From: Balanoglossus misakiensis
Taxonomy: Eukaryota; Animalia; Hemichordata
Reading direction: 5' to 3'
Assembly: GCA_040954595.2 (NCBI GenBank)
Contig: CM082577.2
Location: 4,464,305 to 4,528,304, forward strand
DNA length: 64,000 bases
Each line of letters begins with the position of its first letter. Positions within the stretch are counted from its first letter, which is position 1. The notes beneath the pieces are model-generated. The model had not been told where the DNA came from. It was given only the letters and a program-made list of their open reading frames with translations, and ran no database searches. The position numbers and the translations under genes are program-made. Shown here piece after piece: positions 61,401 through 64,000 of this stretch.

Positions 61401-63443
61401 ACTTCTGGAGACAGAGGGCTCTGGGTTCTGTTTTCATTGATATTTACTGACGATCAGAAATGGTTTTCACCACAGGATACTGTTTCTACATGAAAGAAGT
61501 ACACGTACATGTATGTGATACGTATATACATCAGAAAATAAATGAAGACACATAACATGGTTGACATTAGTATGCACAAAGCTATAAAATGAGAATATGG
61601 GCTCCAAGACTCACCCAGCTATGTACGCAAAGTACGTGAGAGTATCAGTCCTCCGTCCACAAGACGATATTTCAGTGTAGGAATGCTTGATGTCAATCTC
61701 TCTGCTTCGGATGTTCGTTATCAAAATATCTTTTTCTCCCATTTCAAAAAAGACATCCTGAGACAAAAAAGATTTGGAAAAGTAGGTGTTAAATGATCTT
61801 TGGATGCATTACTCGGTTAAATTTTACTTATACATGTATGTACTTGAATAACCTCATGTTGATATCAAAAAAGATGTAATAATCAGGAAATTCACTCTCA
61901 CTCTTGGGAGAAGAATATGCCCGCCATCCTAAATACATAAAACATTTTCAGGACTTGAGCGATTTGAAAAGACGGATTGATATTAAGATGATGTAGCAGC
62001 AGACACAGGAAAAAAAAAACCTGCACATAAAAGCTAGAAGGGGAATAATTAATACACCTGGACATGTACACCAATAGGCTAATTGTGATTTTAGTGATAT
62101 TCCAACGAGATGTCATTCTGAATTCATGTCACGAGCTGCTTACGCAGTGTCAGAAACGCAATTATGAAATCTGATGCACACTTTACCCCATTAGGAAGGA
62201 GAGAAAGATGCACTTTCAATTAACACAGAAGACAGTGACAGGCAAAATCCTTGTGAATCTGTTTGTAGGCTTCCATATTTACATGTTTGCGGGGAATGCA
62301 TATATACATGCATGCATGCACGGTATACACAAGTGATTTTATCAACGAGGTATGAATAAAGAGAAAATGGCAGTTACTGCCTCCTGGGGTTGAATTCCTT
62401 GCAACAGAAATAAAAACCGCCCAGAATGAGGGCATTGATGGTTTAAATCGTTTTCCATTCAGTTTAAAGTGATTCACTTACAAAAGATTGGAGGATGTTC
62501 ACTGCGAGTTTTGTTCGTGTGAAAACAACACGCAACGTATCAACATACTTGAGTTGTAATCCTAGTGGAATGCTTTCAAACACAATTATTCACGTCAAGG
62601 AAATTGCAACAGAAAGGCATTTTTATGCAAGTAGAAGCTGCACGATGCAGTGGTTTAAGAGAATACGAGTGAAAGAGAGGTCGCGACCTCCGGTGAAACG
62701 TGCTTGTCGCGGAGGTTAAAGGTCACTCACCTCATAATCCTAATTGGTGAGGAAAGTCCATTTACAGAGCGAAAAGAGAGAATTATAAAAAGCCAGCGAG
62801 TGAGTGAAATAACAGACGGCATTGACAGAATTTAAAATAGAAAAGTACATGTCATCTGTGAATGTTTTATCAGAAAGGCCATTGATGGCTGTCAGAGATT
62901 GAGTTAGGAAAATATGCAGCTATTTTTGTGAATTAGAGTTGAAAGGGTGAGTGCTGAAAATGAAGTACAATTGAATTCCTTCAACATCATGCAGTCAATT
63001 TCAAAATAGATTTTCTTTGTGTTTTGGTGATAAAAATACACACATTCTCAGATGGTGCAAAATGCAAGGTGGATTTTGTAAGATTTACCCTAAACATGTT
63101 GATCAATTTTAGGGGGATTCCATGGCCTCAATGGTGAATACTGACTTCAACTCTGCCGTCGCAAGAGTCGCAGTGAACCAGCTTTTAATACAAGTTAATG
63201 CTATAATTGTGTACGCCAATATGTTATGAACTGCTAAGTGGACAGGCAGACCTGTGTACGGCACACTTAAGGAAAACACACAGTCAGGCGTCCTGTCGGC
63301 TTGTACAGAGGCAAAGTGGATCAACGGGGAGTACATTAACAATTAGATGCCTAGAGTTTCTTATTTTTTTTTACCTGAGGATTTTTCTCATGCTTCTTGA
63401 TTACTGACATTATGGCTCCTTCGATTTGGTTCACTCCGCCGTC
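58495..63443 (-). CDS. PTB/PID-domain adaptor-like protein, C-terminal part only (5' exons lie beyond the window)
   Basis: Minus-strand exons 63443-63375 (DGGVNQIEGAIMSVIKKHEKNPQ), optional 62739-62731 (DYE), 61757-61615 (DVFFEMGEKDILITNIRSREIDIKHSYTEISSCGRRTDTLTYFAYIAG), 58781-58715 (ETTCTLSKSFICYVFEANTEEE), 58554-58495 (AKTILCSIAQGFGRTTWFV*). All GT-AG with consistent phases. ISSCG, YFAYIA, CYVF and the closing A..I...I..GF helix are PTB-fold hallmarks. Mostly missed by the ORF track. Confidence 0.85.
62731..62739 (-). CDS. Candidate 9-nt microexon (Asp-Tyr-Glu) in the PTB-domain gene
   Basis: Minus strand reads TTCTCTCTTTTCGCTCTG...TTTCCTCACCAATTAG|GATTATGAG|GTGAGT: strong donor, phase 0/0, between two phase-0 exon boundaries. 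Confidence 0.65.
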
Positions 63444-64000
63444 CTGAAATTGCAAGAAGTTCTGATCAAATATTAACATCGGCGGTGGGGGGGGAACCTT
63501 TTTTCTCTTTTCTTCGCAAAGAATATTTGAACAATCGAGAATGCCCCACACCACCTGCCGCGCTCAGACATACATGTATTTACGGCTGAACAAACCGACT
63601 TGGAAAATGATTGTCGTGCAATATGCCGTGATGCCGTCGTCTGGCACTTGTTGTGAGCGCTGGCATGCGGATGACATGAAACGAAATTGGAATTATAACG
63701 AAGTAAATCCACTCTAATCGTTGATAACCGAATGGCCTGTTTTTCCCTCTTGTCTACAATGCAGTCTTGTTCGCGACATGAAGTGGTACTGACATGGAAT
63801 CATTAAATGTGAATAAGTGTTTTTCTGTGCAGCTTGCATTCTCATGAAGCATGCATAAGGAGGATTGTATATGCAGCAAAATACTGTAAACCTAGGAAAT
63901 TTTTTGCAACAATTACTTTTCGCACTATTTTATTTGTTACATTTCATTGATCTAAATCACACATTGTTCTTAAAAATTTTCACGACCATTAATTTTTTGT

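Noticed and set aside
1-64000. CRISPR arrays, tRNA/rRNA genes, hammerhead ribozymes, autonomous transposons
   Set aside because: No regularly spaced repeats, cloverleafs or transposase/RT ORFs seen. The CTGANGA words checked lacked a paired GAAA core. The scan was by eye, so small RNAs could be missed.

Overview
Animal genomic DNA. It is intron-rich and moderately AT-rich; an invertebrate deuterostome such as a hemichordate is my inference and cannot be proven here. Five protein-coding genes were rebuilt by hand from splice signals. (1) A complete 32-exon xanthine dehydrogenase/aldehyde oxidase-family molybdo-flavoenzyme (+, 2158-13269, 1346 aa), with two consecutive U12-type introns and a strongly altered substrate pocket and FAD site. 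(2) A 9-exon gene of about 270 aa (-, 13415-17382 or 17762), tail-to-tail with gene 1. It resembles plant 'RNA-binding ASCH domain' proteins but lacks the ASCH domain, and its C-terminus looks like a bacterial polymorphic-toxin tip. (3) A class A peptide GPCR with one coding exon, most like urotensin-II/MCH/somatostatin receptors (-, 22312-23355). (4) A two-exon RASD1/Rhes-like GTPase (-, 45692-51448). (5) The 3' end of a PTB-domain gene with a candidate 9-nt microexon (-, 58495-63443, running off the window). Also present: a Kolobok-like MITE with fragments, an AcademH-like MITE, microsatellites, a roughly 21-kb non-coding stretch and a marked excess of TACATGTA. No rRNA, tRNA or CRISPR array was recognised. 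All homology calls rest on motif recall, not database searches.
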